Assembly (NCBI GenBank): GCA_946965045.2
Contig: OX337234.1
Coordinates: 3,658,001 to 3,722,000, forward strand
Source: Epithemia pelagica
Taxonomy: Eukaryota; Protista; Bacillariophyta
Length of the DNA stretch: 64,000 bases
Reading direction: 5' to 3'
Shown: piece after piece, positions 10,509-22,619 of the stretch
How the letters are laid out: every line of letters begins with the position of its first letter
Numbering within the stretch: the first letter of the stretch is position 1
Position numbers and translations under genes: made by a program
Notes under the pieces: generated by a model
The model's database searches: none
Told to the model about the DNA's origin: nothing
What the model saw: only the letters and a program-made list of their open reading frames with translations

Positions 10509-10740
10509 ACCATGACAGACAGTGTGGTCGAAATTTCACAACAGGTTTTCATTGGAGGAATGCTCTTTACTGTCCGAATCATAGTCCGTGCGAGATACTC
10601 TCGGAAAAGCTTCGATCTATACCAATCCCACACGATCGGTGATTCACTCTTAATACTTGTTCGTCGATGCAAGTTCGGTAGGCATTCGTTTCTCGATTCT
10701 GACAAGAGTGTAGTCGAAACTTGAGACCGGTTTTGGAAAG
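10387..10740. repeat. Two diverged ~140-170-bp tandem units (plus a partial third) at the 5' end of dynamin-like copy 1
   Basis: gaaatttc..aacaggtttt.attggag.aatgc...actgtccgaatca.agt...gtcgatgcaagttcgg...ttcgtttctcgattctga occurs twice. A homologous pair lies at ~25490..25810. Confidence 0.75.
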
Positions 10741-12044
10741 GGGAGGGAAATACAGACCAGGCAACAAATAAACCCCAAAGTGATCTCCCCTTCCCAGCCT
10801 CCCCTTTTCTATTCGCAGTTTTAATTCAGTTCCTTTCTTCTTCTTTTTCTAACGATGAAACAAAAATTGGTAAGCCAATATGGAATCGTATCTTGCCCTT
10901 CACCGCCTGTCCAGGCCACTGCCAAAATATGCAAACAGAGAACTGAAGAGCAAGGACCAACCAAAGGAGCACGCAGTTTGTTGCGGAACCTCCTGGATCA
11001 TCAAACGGATGCCACAATGAACTGGACTCCTCATCTCGACAACCCTTAACTTGTCTTTTGCTTGAATATCCTTGAGGGTCCATTGTTTCTGTATGTTGAC
11101 AAACATTGGAGATACCATACTTTTTCATGCCCGCAGAGGCCCGTCGTCGGTGGTGTTTTATCCCAGAACCGGTGTATGGCTTTTTTTCTCATGGACGGAC
11201 GAAAACGGGAGACCCCTAAAACAGAAGTGTGTGTTTGTGTGTGTGTGTGATGCGTTCTTTCACAACACATGCGAGGATATAAGCTTGTATGACTGCGCAA
11301 AAAACCACGAAAATCTTTTCTTCTTCTTGCACTTCTGGATTGTCATACACGACGACGTGAATATCTCTCTCTCTCTATTCAAGTGGAGAGAGCACCCTGC
11401 ACCCCACGCACACACACAAGAGAAGGATAGCGTTGAGATGGATCCACTTCCAGGTTGAGTTCATCAGATATCTTGGATAATCATGATGGTGTTGCGTCCT
11501 TCCACATGCGCCATAAAAGCCGGTGCTCCAGTGTTGCTGCGGACTGACGAGAGTTCACACCGCCATTGTCGTCGTCTCGTCTAGGAGCTGGCGCGCTCTT
11601 CAGAGGACGATCGATGCATCGGTCGGCGTGCGCAAGTGCGGCGAGCCATAACTTGTGCGGCGATGGCCCACTTTTGGGGAAAAACGCAAACCAACGTCGC
11701 TGCCGTGTGCCATGCTCTCATCTCCAACCGACCCCGCACCCGTGCGGCTCGAACTCGTGTTGGAAAGATATATACGGTTGCCGGGCAACACCACAACCAC
11801 CAGAAAATGATCCATCTGCCTTGTATACAATCCAAGAACATGCAACCGAGGAATGTGGCATTCACCAATCCATCCAGCCGCCGTATTTAGGCGAAAGATT
11901 TGGTACCAAAATAGAAAAAAGTTACTATTATAATATGGACAAGAAGAAGGGCATGTACTGAATGACTGAATCGAAAAAGTGTAGCGTTGAATGCCAGAAA
12001 CAAAACCATGTTCCCCTGGGAATCATCATTTCGCTCTTCTCTCT

Positions 12045-13595
12045 CTATTGCGCGGAAGACCGGTTCTGCGCCTTTTTGGATTCCAACCCACGAGGACGCC
12101 ATAATTTTCGTCCTCCTCCAACCGAGCGACTGGTTCGTTCCTGTGGTTGGTTCATGGTGTTGCGAGAGGAAGAAATCGTAGGAAATGTAGGCTTGGCATT
12201 CTTTCGACTCGAAAAGGATGGTTTGCATCGCACCGAAACTTCCAAACATGGAGGCGGCTTGTTGTTCGGCACCGTAGTAGTAGCATAGGCAGCACTGTTG
12301 CTGCTAGTATACGGAATCAGGAGTCCCCGCGGTTCGGTGGAACCGGCGACCGAGTCGAGGACAAAGGAGGGACAAATGTTGGTGAGATTGATGCGGGCCC
12401 GTGTCAATAGCAGTTCCTGCTCCGAGCAAGCATGCAAAGACACTGCCTTGTTGCTGCTGGAACAGTCCTGCTCGCTATTACTGGCTGCTTCGTGGGGAAT
12501 ACTCAAGAGCTCGTGCGCCGCGTCCAGGAATTGGTCCATGACACGGCCAAAGACTGTCTGTGTCATTTGCTCTCGTGCCTTGGCAATGCCTTGTGGGAAT
12601 CGAAGAATGCGAATGAGTTTGCCGGCATTTTGAGGAAGACTGTTGGGATTGCAAAAGGCCATTTGCATCAAGGCATGAACGTAGGGGACCAAATCCATGT
12701 AGGGAATGGCCAAAAACACGGGGGGCAAGACGGGATCTTGTACCGTCAGTCGCGATGTCAAGGCACAGGTCCAAGGACCCAGCACCAAGGAGATGGACAA
12801 TGGCGATGATGACTCGTCTGGTGGAGCTCGTGGAGTGTTGTGAGATTTGGAGCACCGGTGGAGAAGTTCCAGTAGCCATATCGGTACAGGGGTACTTTCT
12901 GGTACCATCTGCTTGGAGAGAAGGGAATCTTTTCCAGATTCTCCTGCCGCTTCGGATTCTTTTTCTTCCTCTTTGAGCTTCTTTTGTCGTAAATGCTCCT
13001 GTTTCTTGGCCCGTGCCGCACCCTTGACAAAGGCAGCACGTAGGGGCGCCACAATGGCCAAGCATTCTTGCAACAAGTGCGATGGAATTTGAACCTGCTC
13101 GGCAGCTTGAACAAAACATCCAGCCACGATATCAAAATGAGTGGCATCCAACCCCAAATCTCGAAACAAGCGGCTGTGCGTCAAGATTAAAAAGTCAATC
13201 AACTCTTCGGTCGTGGGCGGTGGAGGAGCGTTTGGGACGGTTCCACCAAAGACGACCCGAAAGAGTTGTCGCTGATGCACTCGCAAGGTTTCAATGGGAA
13301 CATTTTCAAAAAAGTGAGAGAGTTTGGATTCGTTGCCAATGGCTCGCACAAACGCATGGGTAAATGCCTCCAAGGCTTCCATGCCACCCAGTCGCTCAAA
13401 CAAACTGGCTGGTTGGTCCTCCTCCTGATCGACAAGGCTGGATGCTTTTTCATCCTCACAAGATGAGGAGCAACACGAAATATCTGGAGAGGCTGTACTG
13501 GTCTCGAATCTTTCATTGCTTTTTTCCAAGATTTTCGGTAAATCTTGGTCGGTGAGATTACGAGACGAGGTTGTGAGGAAAACAGGTGGTGCCAT
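12045..13595 (-). CDS. Group I truncated haemoglobin (2/2 globin) domain protein with a long C-terminal extension
   Basis: SLFERLGGMEALEAFTHAF...KLSHFFENV...HQRQLF...HSRLFRDLGLDATHFDIVAGCF matches the trHbN pattern (LxxRLGG, FF at CD1, HQ at E7, proximal His). Likely ATG at 13595; the ORF track extends to 13676. Confidence 0.85.
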   Translation of the reverse strand: MAPPVFLTTSSRNLTDQDLPKILEKSNERFETSTASPDISCCSSSCEDEKASSLVDQEEDQPASLFERLGGMEALEAFTHAFVRAIGNESKLSHFFENVPIETLRVHQRQLFRVVFGGTVPNAPPPPTTEELIDFLILTHSRLFRDLGLDATHFDIVAGCFVQAAEQVQIPSHLLQECLAIVAPLRAAFVKGAARAKKQEHLRQKKLKEEEKESEAAGESGKDSLLSKQMVPESTPVPIWLLELLHRCSKSHNTPRAPPDESSSPLSISLVLGPWTCALTSRLTVQDPVLPPVFLAIPYMDLVPYVHALMQMAFCNPNSLPQNAGKLIRILRFPQGIAKAREQMTQTVFGRVMDQFLDAAHELLSIPHEAASNSEQDCSSSNKAVSLHACSEQELLLTRARINLTNICPSFVLDSVAGSTEPRGLLIPYTSSNSAAYATTTVPNNKPPPCLEVSVRCKPSFSSRKNAKPTFPTISSSRNTMNQPQERTSRSVGGGRKLWRPRGLESKKAQNRSSAQ

Positions 13596-15573
13596 GGTGT
13601 TGTTTGACCACTCTTTGAAGACAACAACAAGTGTAGGATGAAAATGAGAACAATCTACTCGTAATGACAAGTGCAACGGTTTGGATATGGAGAAAAGGAC
13701 TAATTAGTCACATTGTTGTGTGTTGTCCTGCATTCGGAAGATGCTGGTTGCCCATGTCGTTGCCAAGTCATTATGGCAGTGCAACTGTGACAGCAGCAAG
13801 TAACGGGCAAGTTTGCGTAAAAGACGATGACCTGGAATGGGGGTCGTATTAACAAAGAAATGGATTCGTTTTACTTCCACACTTTGTATCTTTGCTCTTT
13901 GCTGCTTCTAGAAGAAACGATTACGGTTGTCTTTAGGATGGAGCAGTGAAGCCTCTCAGATGGTACGAAACTGCCACACGAGGGACGATTAACATCAAGG
14001 GTGTTGGATTATGGGCCATTTCTTGATTTCTTATGGCTCCCCTTTGCATGATGGTCCGAAACCCAAAACGCTTGATAACATAGTTATAAACAGATGACGA
14101 CTTTTTTCCGAGGCACTATTCTTGACCGTCTCAAACGAGGTCAAATGGCGATTGGATAATGTGGAGCCAAAGTTGCAAAAGTTGCTCTCGACCTCGAAAG
14201 AAACGAATGATAACTTTTGTTAACCCTTTCTGGAGATAATTGCCCCAAGACCAGGTCCAACTGGATTCGACCACTGTGATATGGCATGTGCGACTGATTG
14301 ATAAATTGAAAAAGGTGTCATGTTTTGACACAGGACCTACCAGATATCATTTTCTGCCATGACTCTTCGGCTTACGAGTTTCTAGCCCAGTCATTGGATA
14401 CCCTACCAAACCATCGCATATCTTCCCCCATTGAATTGTCGAGGATATACGGTAGGGGATGTTCGACGCTTTATTATTTTAGGCTGAGTCGACAAACGAT
14501 AACAAAACCACCTGTTGCTGCCGGATGTAGTTGTGTGTTGTGTTGGACAAGATGGTACTCGTATATCTTACTCCATGACGCCCAGAACTACGTGAAAGTA
14601 AGAACAGTATGCATCTCAAGTTATGGGATATGAGATTATTATTGGTTCCATGGCATGGGATTATTAGCATTAGGTGCAACGTGCAATGTTTTTGATAACA
14701 AGACCACGAAAGCATCCCGTGAAGTAGACAATGGGACGAACACCACAACCAAACTGGATGGTATCATTTCGAATATGGTGGTAATGATGATACACTGGAG
14801 AGCACTACTGGGGCTTTGTGACTTATAGTGGCACTAGAGAGACAAGGACGACTATGCTGTCGTCGAAGATGTGACAAATGCGATGGCACCAGAGCGTTGC
14901 GTACTTCACTGCCGTCAAGGTCCTATGGGGACACCATGGGCGGTGGAAAGGAGCACATGGTTTGGCATTTTGTCTCTTGTTTTATAAGTTGAGAGTTTGG
15001 AGGGCTGGATCAATTCAATTCAAACAAGTAGCTCAAACAAGGTTCTACCGTTCTTCTCCATCCATCTTTGTCTTGGTTATCTCGAAAATGGAAGCAAATA
15101 GGCCGGTTCGAATCTTGTCATGAGATAAAGTATGGAGGGGATCAAATCAATCGTGTCGTCGCTCTTTTCAGAAGTCACTGCACGGGGATTTCCGTCTGTC
15201 CGCCCGTGTAGTGTTGTCTGGGTGGAGCTATCCTAGCTATGAGGCGATCCAAATGAGGCATCCGCGAACTATGGAGGCATTTTTCTGGCCTAGAAATGAC
15301 GAGCACTTCGACACGGCAGGGGCGGAGGATCGGCAAACTTTGGAACAGAAAGATAGCGATAGTGAGACCGGCAAACCTATCGAAGACACACATTTCGTTG
15401 GAATATTTTTTTAACTTAGAATTTGCCGATTTCCATTTAGGGAACGAAAATCGATTCGTTTGGGGCAACCACAAGCATTCATTTTTTGGGAACCGGGTTC
15501 GAAAGAGACCCTGGGAAAACGATAAAATCAAACTGGGAATGTCTCTTTTTCGAGAGTGTATCTTTGAAGTCTA

Positions 15574-17655
15574 TTAGTTTTTGGAAATCTTGGAACCTCT
15601 TCCGCTTCCGGCAGACACAAGGGTCCTCTTTTTGGAAGGGGTTGTCTTTGATTGAGACTCCTCTTGATTTACAGCATTGTCCCAGTCCTTGATTTCGGCA
15701 GTCTTGCGCACGAGATTGCCAAACTGCCACAGCAAATGACCAAAATGACGGGGATCGGAGGGCGCGTCCACGATTTGCACCCTGGTTGCATTCTTGAAGA
15801 GTTCTGTATTCGTCGGGACCAATCCATGACCGTGACAACAATGTTCTAGGGGATCTAGCGACCACTTCGTTTTACTGCCACAGAAACAGCAGTGCCCATT
15901 CTTGTCAATGGGTCGGAGTCCATTACCGGCAGTTTTGCAATAAAGGCAAGTGAAGGAATGATCTCCAGATTCACAAAGATAAATAGAACAAGTGTTACAG
16001 AATGGGACCGTTTGCACGGTTCCATGGCGTGCGTAAATTTGGCTGCACGTAGGACTTTGATTGCACGTGGGACAGTGCTTGGAGCTCTGAGGGGCAGACA
16101 CGTGAAGAAATTTTCTCTCCAAGAGAATTCGCGCCAAAGGTCCCAGGTGTTCGTCCAACGACCCATCTCGAATAGAACCCAACATGGACCCGCATATAAG
16201 AACCATATCGTCTATGGACACCTCCTGCCATAAGTTTTGGTCCTTCAACGTCGAACCAAAAACATAATCAAGTTGACGAAGAACCATCCGTTTTGCCTGT
16301 TTGACAATTTCACCCGCCTTGTTCGAGTCCAAAACATCCATATCGCTAGTCAAACCCCAGAATGAAAGGAGTTCCTCCATAGGCTTGGCCAAGTGATGAA
16401 CCTCGAATGGACTTTTGGAAAACTCTGTGAAGGCATTTTCGACGCTTGTTTTGTGAAGTTCCAAAAATCGAGAATGAACCTGTTTTGCCGCTGAGGCTAC
16501 ACCGAGTCGAATTGACTTCTTATAAATGGTTCGAAGCTCTTGTACATAGTCCATGGAAGGGTCCAGCCGCGACTTGGCATCATCGATTTGGTCTTCAATC
16601 ATTCGCTTTTGTGTGGTTTTGCCACCGATAAGAAAAGCCATGGCCAAAAGCAAGTCCTTGAACCGACTCGCATCGAGACCGTCCTCATATTGATCATCAT
16701 CTTGGATTACCTCGAAGGCCTTCTCGTACTTTTCAGCATCCTTGAATTTCTTCCAACGTCGTCCATAGGCTTCCTTCCCCAGCTTTTCCACCAAACTGTT
16801 GTCGATCTTGGCTTTGAAATCCTCCAAGGTAAGACTCGCAGCCGCCCGATAAATATAGGCATTCACAGCAGAGACCGGAACCACAATTGGAGATGACACA
16901 CCCGCCTTATTGTTCGACCTTGCCTTCCCAGAAGTTATCTGGGCCAGCCATTTGGCTCGATCGGAGACTTTAAACAATTCTTCAATCTTTTTCGTTGTTT
17001 CCTTGACAATCAGCTGGTGCTCCTCGTCTTCTGGATCGTCAATCTTGTTCAAAAGCACAATCAACGGAATCTGTCGCACTTTCTTGCAATTGTCCTTGGC
17101 AAGCTTCAAGAGTGCAACTTGTTCCTCTGTATTGACGCCTTGTCGTCCGTCCAGTACCAGAATGACGCAGTCGAACGTATGCCACTTGTTTGAAACATAG
17201 TCCTTGTACTTCTTGCTGGCACCGGCTTCATTGATACCTGGAACGTCCACCAAAACCAGCTTGGTATCGTCTCTCATTTCGAACAAATCTTCTTCGAGTT
17301 CCACGTCAAACACCTTTTCCTGTACCTCTTTGCTGGAACGAAGCTTTTGATTGTCGGCCGTTGTCTCGGCGAGCGTTTCATGGGCCGAACGAACCTTGCG
17401 ATTCGCACGTCCATTGGATGCTTTCCTCGAATCCTTGTTGGCAGGGCCACTCGTCTGGTCGGTGGTGGATTTCTTGGTGATGCGAAAGAAATTCACACCG
17501 GCTGTTGCCCGTTGCATGGAAACCTGACCAAACTGATCCTTGAGGAACGCATTCAGTAGCATCGTTTTACCCGCGGAAACATACCCCATCAAGGCGACGT
17601 GAATCGTTTCAAACGCCGTGGCCTCATGATTCTCGAGGTTGGTGGATCGACACAT
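15574..17655 (-). CDS. Dynamin-like GTPase with C-terminal double zinc-ribbon module, copy 2 (intact)
   Basis: GYVSAGKT, MQRATAG, DVPG, NKID; CPTC, CNTC, CLYC, CCFC; DPRHFGHLLWQF. The ORF track extends to 17841; likely ATG at 17655. Confidence 0.85.
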   Translation of the reverse strand: MCRSTNLENHEATAFETIHVALMGYVSAGKTMLLNAFLKDQFGQVSMQRATAGVNFFRITKKSTTDQTSGPANKDSRKASNGRANRKVRSAHETLAETTADNQKLRSSKEVQEKVFDVELEEDLFEMRDDTKLVLVDVPGINEAGASKKYKDYVSNKWHTFDCVILVLDGRQGVNTEEQVALLKLAKDNCKKVRQIPLIVLLNKIDDPEDEEHQLIVKETTKKIEELFKVSDRAKWLAQITSGKARSNNKAGVSSPIVVPVSAVNAYIYRAAASLTLEDFKAKIDNSLVEKLGKEAYGRRWKKFKDAEKYEKAFEVIQDDDQYEDGLDASRFKDLLLAMAFLIGGKTTQKRMIEDQIDDAKSRLDPSMDYVQELRTIYKKSIRLGVASAAKQVHSRFLELHKTSVENAFTEFSKSPFEVHHLAKPMEELLSFWGLTSDMDVLDSNKAGEIVKQAKRMVLRQLDYVFGSTLKDQNLWQEVSIDDMVLICGSMLGSIRDGSLDEHLGPLARILLERKFLHVSAPQSSKHCPTCNQSPTCSQIYARHGTVQTVPFCNTCSIYLCESGDHSFTCLYCKTAGNGLRPIDKNGHCCFCGSKTKWSLDPLEHCCHGHGLVPTNTELFKNATRVQIVDAPSDPRHFGHLLWQFGNLVRKTAEIKDWDNAVNQEESQSKTTPSKKRTLVSAGSGRGSKISKN

Positions 17656-19125
17656 CGTGGCAACGAAAGTCTCGTAATACAAGTTGCAACGTTTCCACTC
17701 AAATGGAATCAAAAAGGTCGTTCTGGATCTATGATCTGGAATCGCCAGAACGTCTGACTGCACCAAAGTTTGAGTCGATGGATTGCGACAAAACCTGGTC
17801 GCGACATAAACGGAATTCACGGGAAAACCTCTATGGGCCATCTGGTTTTTGATAGGGATACCCTAGTAACATCCAACGCAGACCAATCGGGTTCCACAAA
17901 TTCATGGTCCGATTCAGAGTCACCTACCAAAGGCCTGCAATCCATACATGGTTCCAATACAAAGACATGAACTACATACACGCACGTTCTTGATTTACAA
18001 GCAAGATTCGTTGCCACGTCATTAGCATCGACATCCCACGAAACAATGGTTCAAAGGTCTGAGCATTCTTCACAAGGCATTCAAACGAAACGACAGATCT
18101 TGATGGAACAATCTACTACCCTTCAAGTTTCATTCAGAATTCTCCTCTATACTGCAGAATTCAGAGACAATGGTCTCGAGGCATGGATCTGAATTCGAGT
18201 CCAGGAGCTAGCTTCAAGCTCGATCCCTCAATATTTGATCCAGACTCTTGTCATCTGTACCGATGTCAATGGGCACACTCCACACAAACCACTGGATCGA
18301 AGGGGTTCGAAACTCCCTCGCTTGTCGTGTTGATCCTTGGCGGTTTGGGCCATGTTTCGAGTGCAAGCCAGGAACAATTCGTCGGTATCGATGATCGGCA
18401 GTTGACATTTGAGAGTGCGAACCATTCCATTTGGCGGTCAGATTCCAAGCCATTGGTTGGCAGAAACTCAGAAGCTCTTTGTGAACTTAGACCGATGCAA
18501 TCGGTTGGACGATTCAATGTCCATTCGGAGGAGATTGAAATGAGCCAAGAGTCTGTCCACGTCGCATCGTGGGGCCATTTCTTGGCCAAACGAGCCTTTT
18601 CAGCTAACAATGGCAACGGCTCTGATGGATCTACCATGATGAAAGGGGGAAGAAAGACATTCTTTTATACCTTGGACCACAGTGTGAGCTTATGCGCATC
18701 ACAGCGTCACAGCCCGTCATCCGTCATCGTCAATTGCCTTTCGAGGGAGGCGTGAGGGACACGATGTGAAGTTTGGAATTTCCAGTATATCATTTTGAGT
18801 ACAGATACGTTGAACGACCCCACTCCTGTATGACAACCGTGACTGAAATGGTTCTTTCTGTGAGCTACTCTTATTTCGCAGGCAAATTAGCACCATCAGA
18901 TGCGCCACACATTAGATGAAAAACTTCATCTCTTGACAAGCCTCATCGAAAAGAAGGAATCCTAAAAGTTCTGCTAGTTTGGTGATTAATATATTTGTTG
19001 GTGTCATAAGAGAGATCGCGGTGTGGTGTGTATATATGTATATATAGTCACTGGACTGATTCGGCAATACAATCACTCCTTCTTGGCGCAAACAGGACTC
19101 CCGCATCAGAAAGGGGATACAAGGA

Positions 19126-21129
19126 TTATACGTTGGCATTGATTTTGAGGAGATGATCAAGCGTGCGACAAGAACGATCGGCTGACCCTTGCGCTATTTC
19201 CACAAGATTGCGAAACTGCCAAATCAAGTGTCCAAAGTGTTTCGGATCGTCCAAGGATTTGGCCTCTGCCACGTGAATCTTTGTTTTCTGAAGATCTTGG
19301 TTGGCTGCGACGAAGTTTTCGTCCTCCAGCTTATACTCAAGTGGATCCCGAGAATCTACATGTTTCATCCAATAGCCACAATTATTGCATCGTCCGTCAG
19401 TAGACAGAGACACGCCGTACCCGTCGTACCCGTCGTACATATAGCCATTTCTGTTACAATTCAAACATGTAGAGAGCGTTGAGGGGGAATCAATGACAAA
19501 AAACGTTAAACAAGAGTTGCACTGATAAGCATTGTTGTTCTTGCTGCAAGTACGGCCACACTCCGGACAGCGTTTGTTTTTGACATCCATTGTTTTATTG
19601 ATACTTGCATTCAGAGAGTCATGCAGCAATTTCTCCAAAAGTAGTTTCGGAATTCCAAGGTTGCGCTGCTCAAAAAACAAATTTTCGGCTCCTCCTAACA
19701 TGGCTGATGCGATAAACATCCAATCAAAATGCGTAATGATATCAAAGTTCCACTTTCCCTTCTTGGAGAGCACAACCTCCATTTGGCGTAAAACCATCTT
19801 TCTTGCCATGATCAAAATTTCTGTTGACACCTTTTCGTCAAGAATTCCCATGTGTTTCACTAGGTCGTAGTAGGCGAAAAGCTCATTCATCGGTTTTGCA
19901 AGCTTGTCAACTTCGCTAGGACTGGTGAAAATATGAAATGCATCTTCGACACTTGCACTGTGTAGCTCCATAAATCGAGAATGAATGGGTACCAGCTGCT
20001 TTCCCACCGCCCGACCTCTATCATATAAGCACTGTAGAGCCTCCACATAGTCCATGTTTGAGTGCAGTCTCTGCATGTACGCCTTGATTTGATTTTGAAT
20101 CAACCATTCCTGCGTTGGCGCACCCCCAACGCAATACGCCAAGGCCGATAGAAACTGGTCAAATCGACTATCTTTCATGCCATCATTGTACTGTTTCTTG
20201 TCTTGAATAACTTGATGAGCCCTCTTGTAACGTTCGTCCTTGCTATACTTTCGCCATTGACGACCAAAGTAGTCATGTCCCAATTTATTCACCAGTGACT
20301 CTTCAATCTTAGTTTTGAACTGATCCAAGGTCAGAGTTGATGCAACTCGGAAAATATAGGCATGTCTGGCTGACAAGGGAATTACAATCGGCGTATGGGA
20401 AGCCATGTTCTGAGTGATTGCCTTTGCCTTGCCTTTGATGATCTCCTCGAGAGATTTCTCGCGATTGGGAGAGTGGAACAAACGTTCGATGGCTTCAGTC
20501 GCCTCTTGTACCAAAACTTGATGTTCTTCGTCAAAGGCAATATCATCGACCTTGTTTAGCAAAATGATCAGGGGAACTAATTTCTCATTTTCGCACTTGT
20601 CCTGGGCAAACTTGAGAACCTGAACCTGTTCTTCTGTATTGACACCTTGGAGACCATCCAGCACCACAATCACGCAGTCAAACGTGTGCCAGTTCTTGGA
20701 CACATAATCCTTGTACTTGTCGCTGGTTCCAGCCTCATTGATCCCAGGAACATCAATCAAAACAAGTCTCGTTTTCCTTCTCATGCGGAAAAGTGGTTCG
20801 TCCAAGACAATATCAAACGACTTTTCTTGCAGGCAATTGCTTTCACGAAGGACCTTGTTGTCGTTCGTAATCTCTTCAAGGGTCGACTTGGCGGAGCGAT
20901 ATTCTTCGGGAGACCATGTTGACGCTCCTTTGTTAGACTTACTATCGTCTTTATCTTCGTTCTGGGTCTGATCAACGGAGAGCCGAAATATATTGATACC
21001 AGCAGTGGTTCGTTTCATGGAAACTTCGCTAAACTTGTCCTTGAGCAGCGCATTGAGAACCGTTGTCTTTCCGACGGAAACATATCCAATCATCGCAATT
21101 CTAATTTCCAGCTCATTGGGGAACTTCAT
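19126..21129 (-). CDS. Dynamin-like GTPase with C-terminal double zinc-ribbon module, copy 3 (intact)
   Basis: GYVSVGKT, MKRTTAG, DVPG, NKVD; CPEC, CNSC, CLNC, CNNC; DPKHFGHLIWQF. ATG at 21129 (MKFPNELEIRI). Confidence 0.88.
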   Translation of the reverse strand: MKFPNELEIRIAMIGYVSVGKTTVLNALLKDKFSEVSMKRTTAGINIFRLSVDQTQNEDKDDSKSNKGASTWSPEEYRSAKSTLEEITNDNKVLRESNCLQEKSFDIVLDEPLFRMRRKTRLVLIDVPGINEAGTSDKYKDYVSKNWHTFDCVIVVLDGLQGVNTEEQVQVLKFAQDKCENEKLVPLIILLNKVDDIAFDEEHQVLVQEATEAIERLFHSPNREKSLEEIIKGKAKAITQNMASHTPIVIPLSARHAYIFRVASTLTLDQFKTKIEESLVNKLGHDYFGRQWRKYSKDERYKRAHQVIQDKKQYNDGMKDSRFDQFLSALAYCVGGAPTQEWLIQNQIKAYMQRLHSNMDYVEALQCLYDRGRAVGKQLVPIHSRFMELHSASVEDAFHIFTSPSEVDKLAKPMNELFAYYDLVKHMGILDEKVSTEILIMARKMVLRQMEVVLSKKGKWNFDIITHFDWMFIASAMLGGAENLFFEQRNLGIPKLLLEKLLHDSLNASINKTMDVKNKRCPECGRTCSKNNNAYQCNSCLTFFVIDSPSTLSTCLNCNRNGYMYDGYDGYGVSLSTDGRCNNCGYWMKHVDSRDPLEYKLEDENFVAANQDLQKTKIHVAEAKSLDDPKHFGHLIWQFRNLVEIAQGSADRSCRTLDHLLKINANV

Positions 21130-22619
21130 GCTTGCAGAGAACACTTGCTCTGCTTTTATATGGTAGAAGAAGAGAGGCAAAAGTAGAGCAACTAGTCGAA
21201 CTTGACTGGATCCACGGGAGTCTTGAAGTTATGGACTGTGCCTGATGACAGATGCTTTCTTTTGTTCGGTAAAAGATACCTTTGTCGCTTTTGGATATCG
21301 GAACTTTGTGTGTCAGAATTCAGCTGCCCTCTAGATTCTTCTTCGAAACCAGTTGCATGTTCCCAGCTGACGAGTCCCAAGTTTCACTGGAAAACCTGTG
21401 AATGACGTGTCATTCAGGACCTGCCGCCTCTGGACCACAGGATCCTACAGCATACAACAGAGACGGAGAAAGTATATTCAGAACGTGCCTCTGAGCAACA
21501 GAAAAACACAAGACAACATCCCGCAGAAAGGATTGGCACTACTATCTCGGGCCATATAGCTCCTTCAAAAGCAGATCCATGGTACACCCGCGCCTCTGAG
21601 GGGATAAAGAAATACGAAGAATTGGATTTACCGAATCCGTGTCTTTCTGTGATAACGTTGGCCTGGTAGTCGGAAAACAGAAACAGATGAAAGTGTGAGA
21701 GTTCAATAGTTCAAGGATCCCTCAACAGGAATCAGGAAAATGAATCTTGCACTTGTGGTGCACCGGAGACTAAGAAGCGCCACAACGAGCTACTGATCCA
21801 ACTCACTCGTGATACAGAATCTTCGAGTCTTTTTTATCACAGGGACGCAGACTTGAGTGCTCCTGGCGCACACGCGAGACCATCGTCCGAGTACCAAGAA
21901 CTTTCATATTCCATCCCCAAAAGAGCTCAAAAGTATTCTTTTTGGTAAGGGTTTCGTCCAAAATGTTTTTTCACGCACAAGGAACCATTGAAAGCATTTG
22001 CGGTCTTCTCATGTCATTACCCTCATCCGAAACAGCTTGGTTCGATCCGTTTTCCTCATGCATCTTGTTCCGGAAGGATACGCGAAAGATACAAATGCCT
22101 GCTACGGTTGGTTTCATGGAAACTTGAGAAAACTTGTCTTTCAACAGCAGAGTGAGTATATGGACTCACTGCAACGAGAGGTTCCAACTCGTCCCAAGTC
22201 ATCTTCATCGATCGTGCTTTGGTTCAAGCAAAAAAGCAAGGAACCGACACCAAAGGATCCAGTATGTGGATTGTATCAGTGGGACGAGCATTTGAAGGTC
22301 TTTGGCATTCGATACCAGACCGGGAAAGCCGGATTTATTCCGCTTCGTACGTTGTAGGAGTTGCTGTTAGACATGACGAAGAAATGTTCGAATCGATAGG
22401 AGGACACAACTTTGCCCAGAATGTAAATGAGCGACCCGAGTTGCGACATACAGCATGTGGAGTAAGGCATAAGATCTTTGCCGAGAATCTGCAAAGGTGC
22501 AAAACGCCTTGTTCCTGGAATACCACTTCGCCTCGCAGTATTATTTATTCTTCCATTAAACCTTGCCACTTGCCATGTACCAGCAAGGATCGGCTTTCAT
22601 TTCGTCACGTCATGCTTCG

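Noticed and set aside
13900-15100. Protein-like but stop-riddled stretches between the globin gene and DRP copy 2 (similar ones at 18200-18900 and 21900-22560)
   Set aside because: May be old pseudogenes, but I could not assign any family from motifs.
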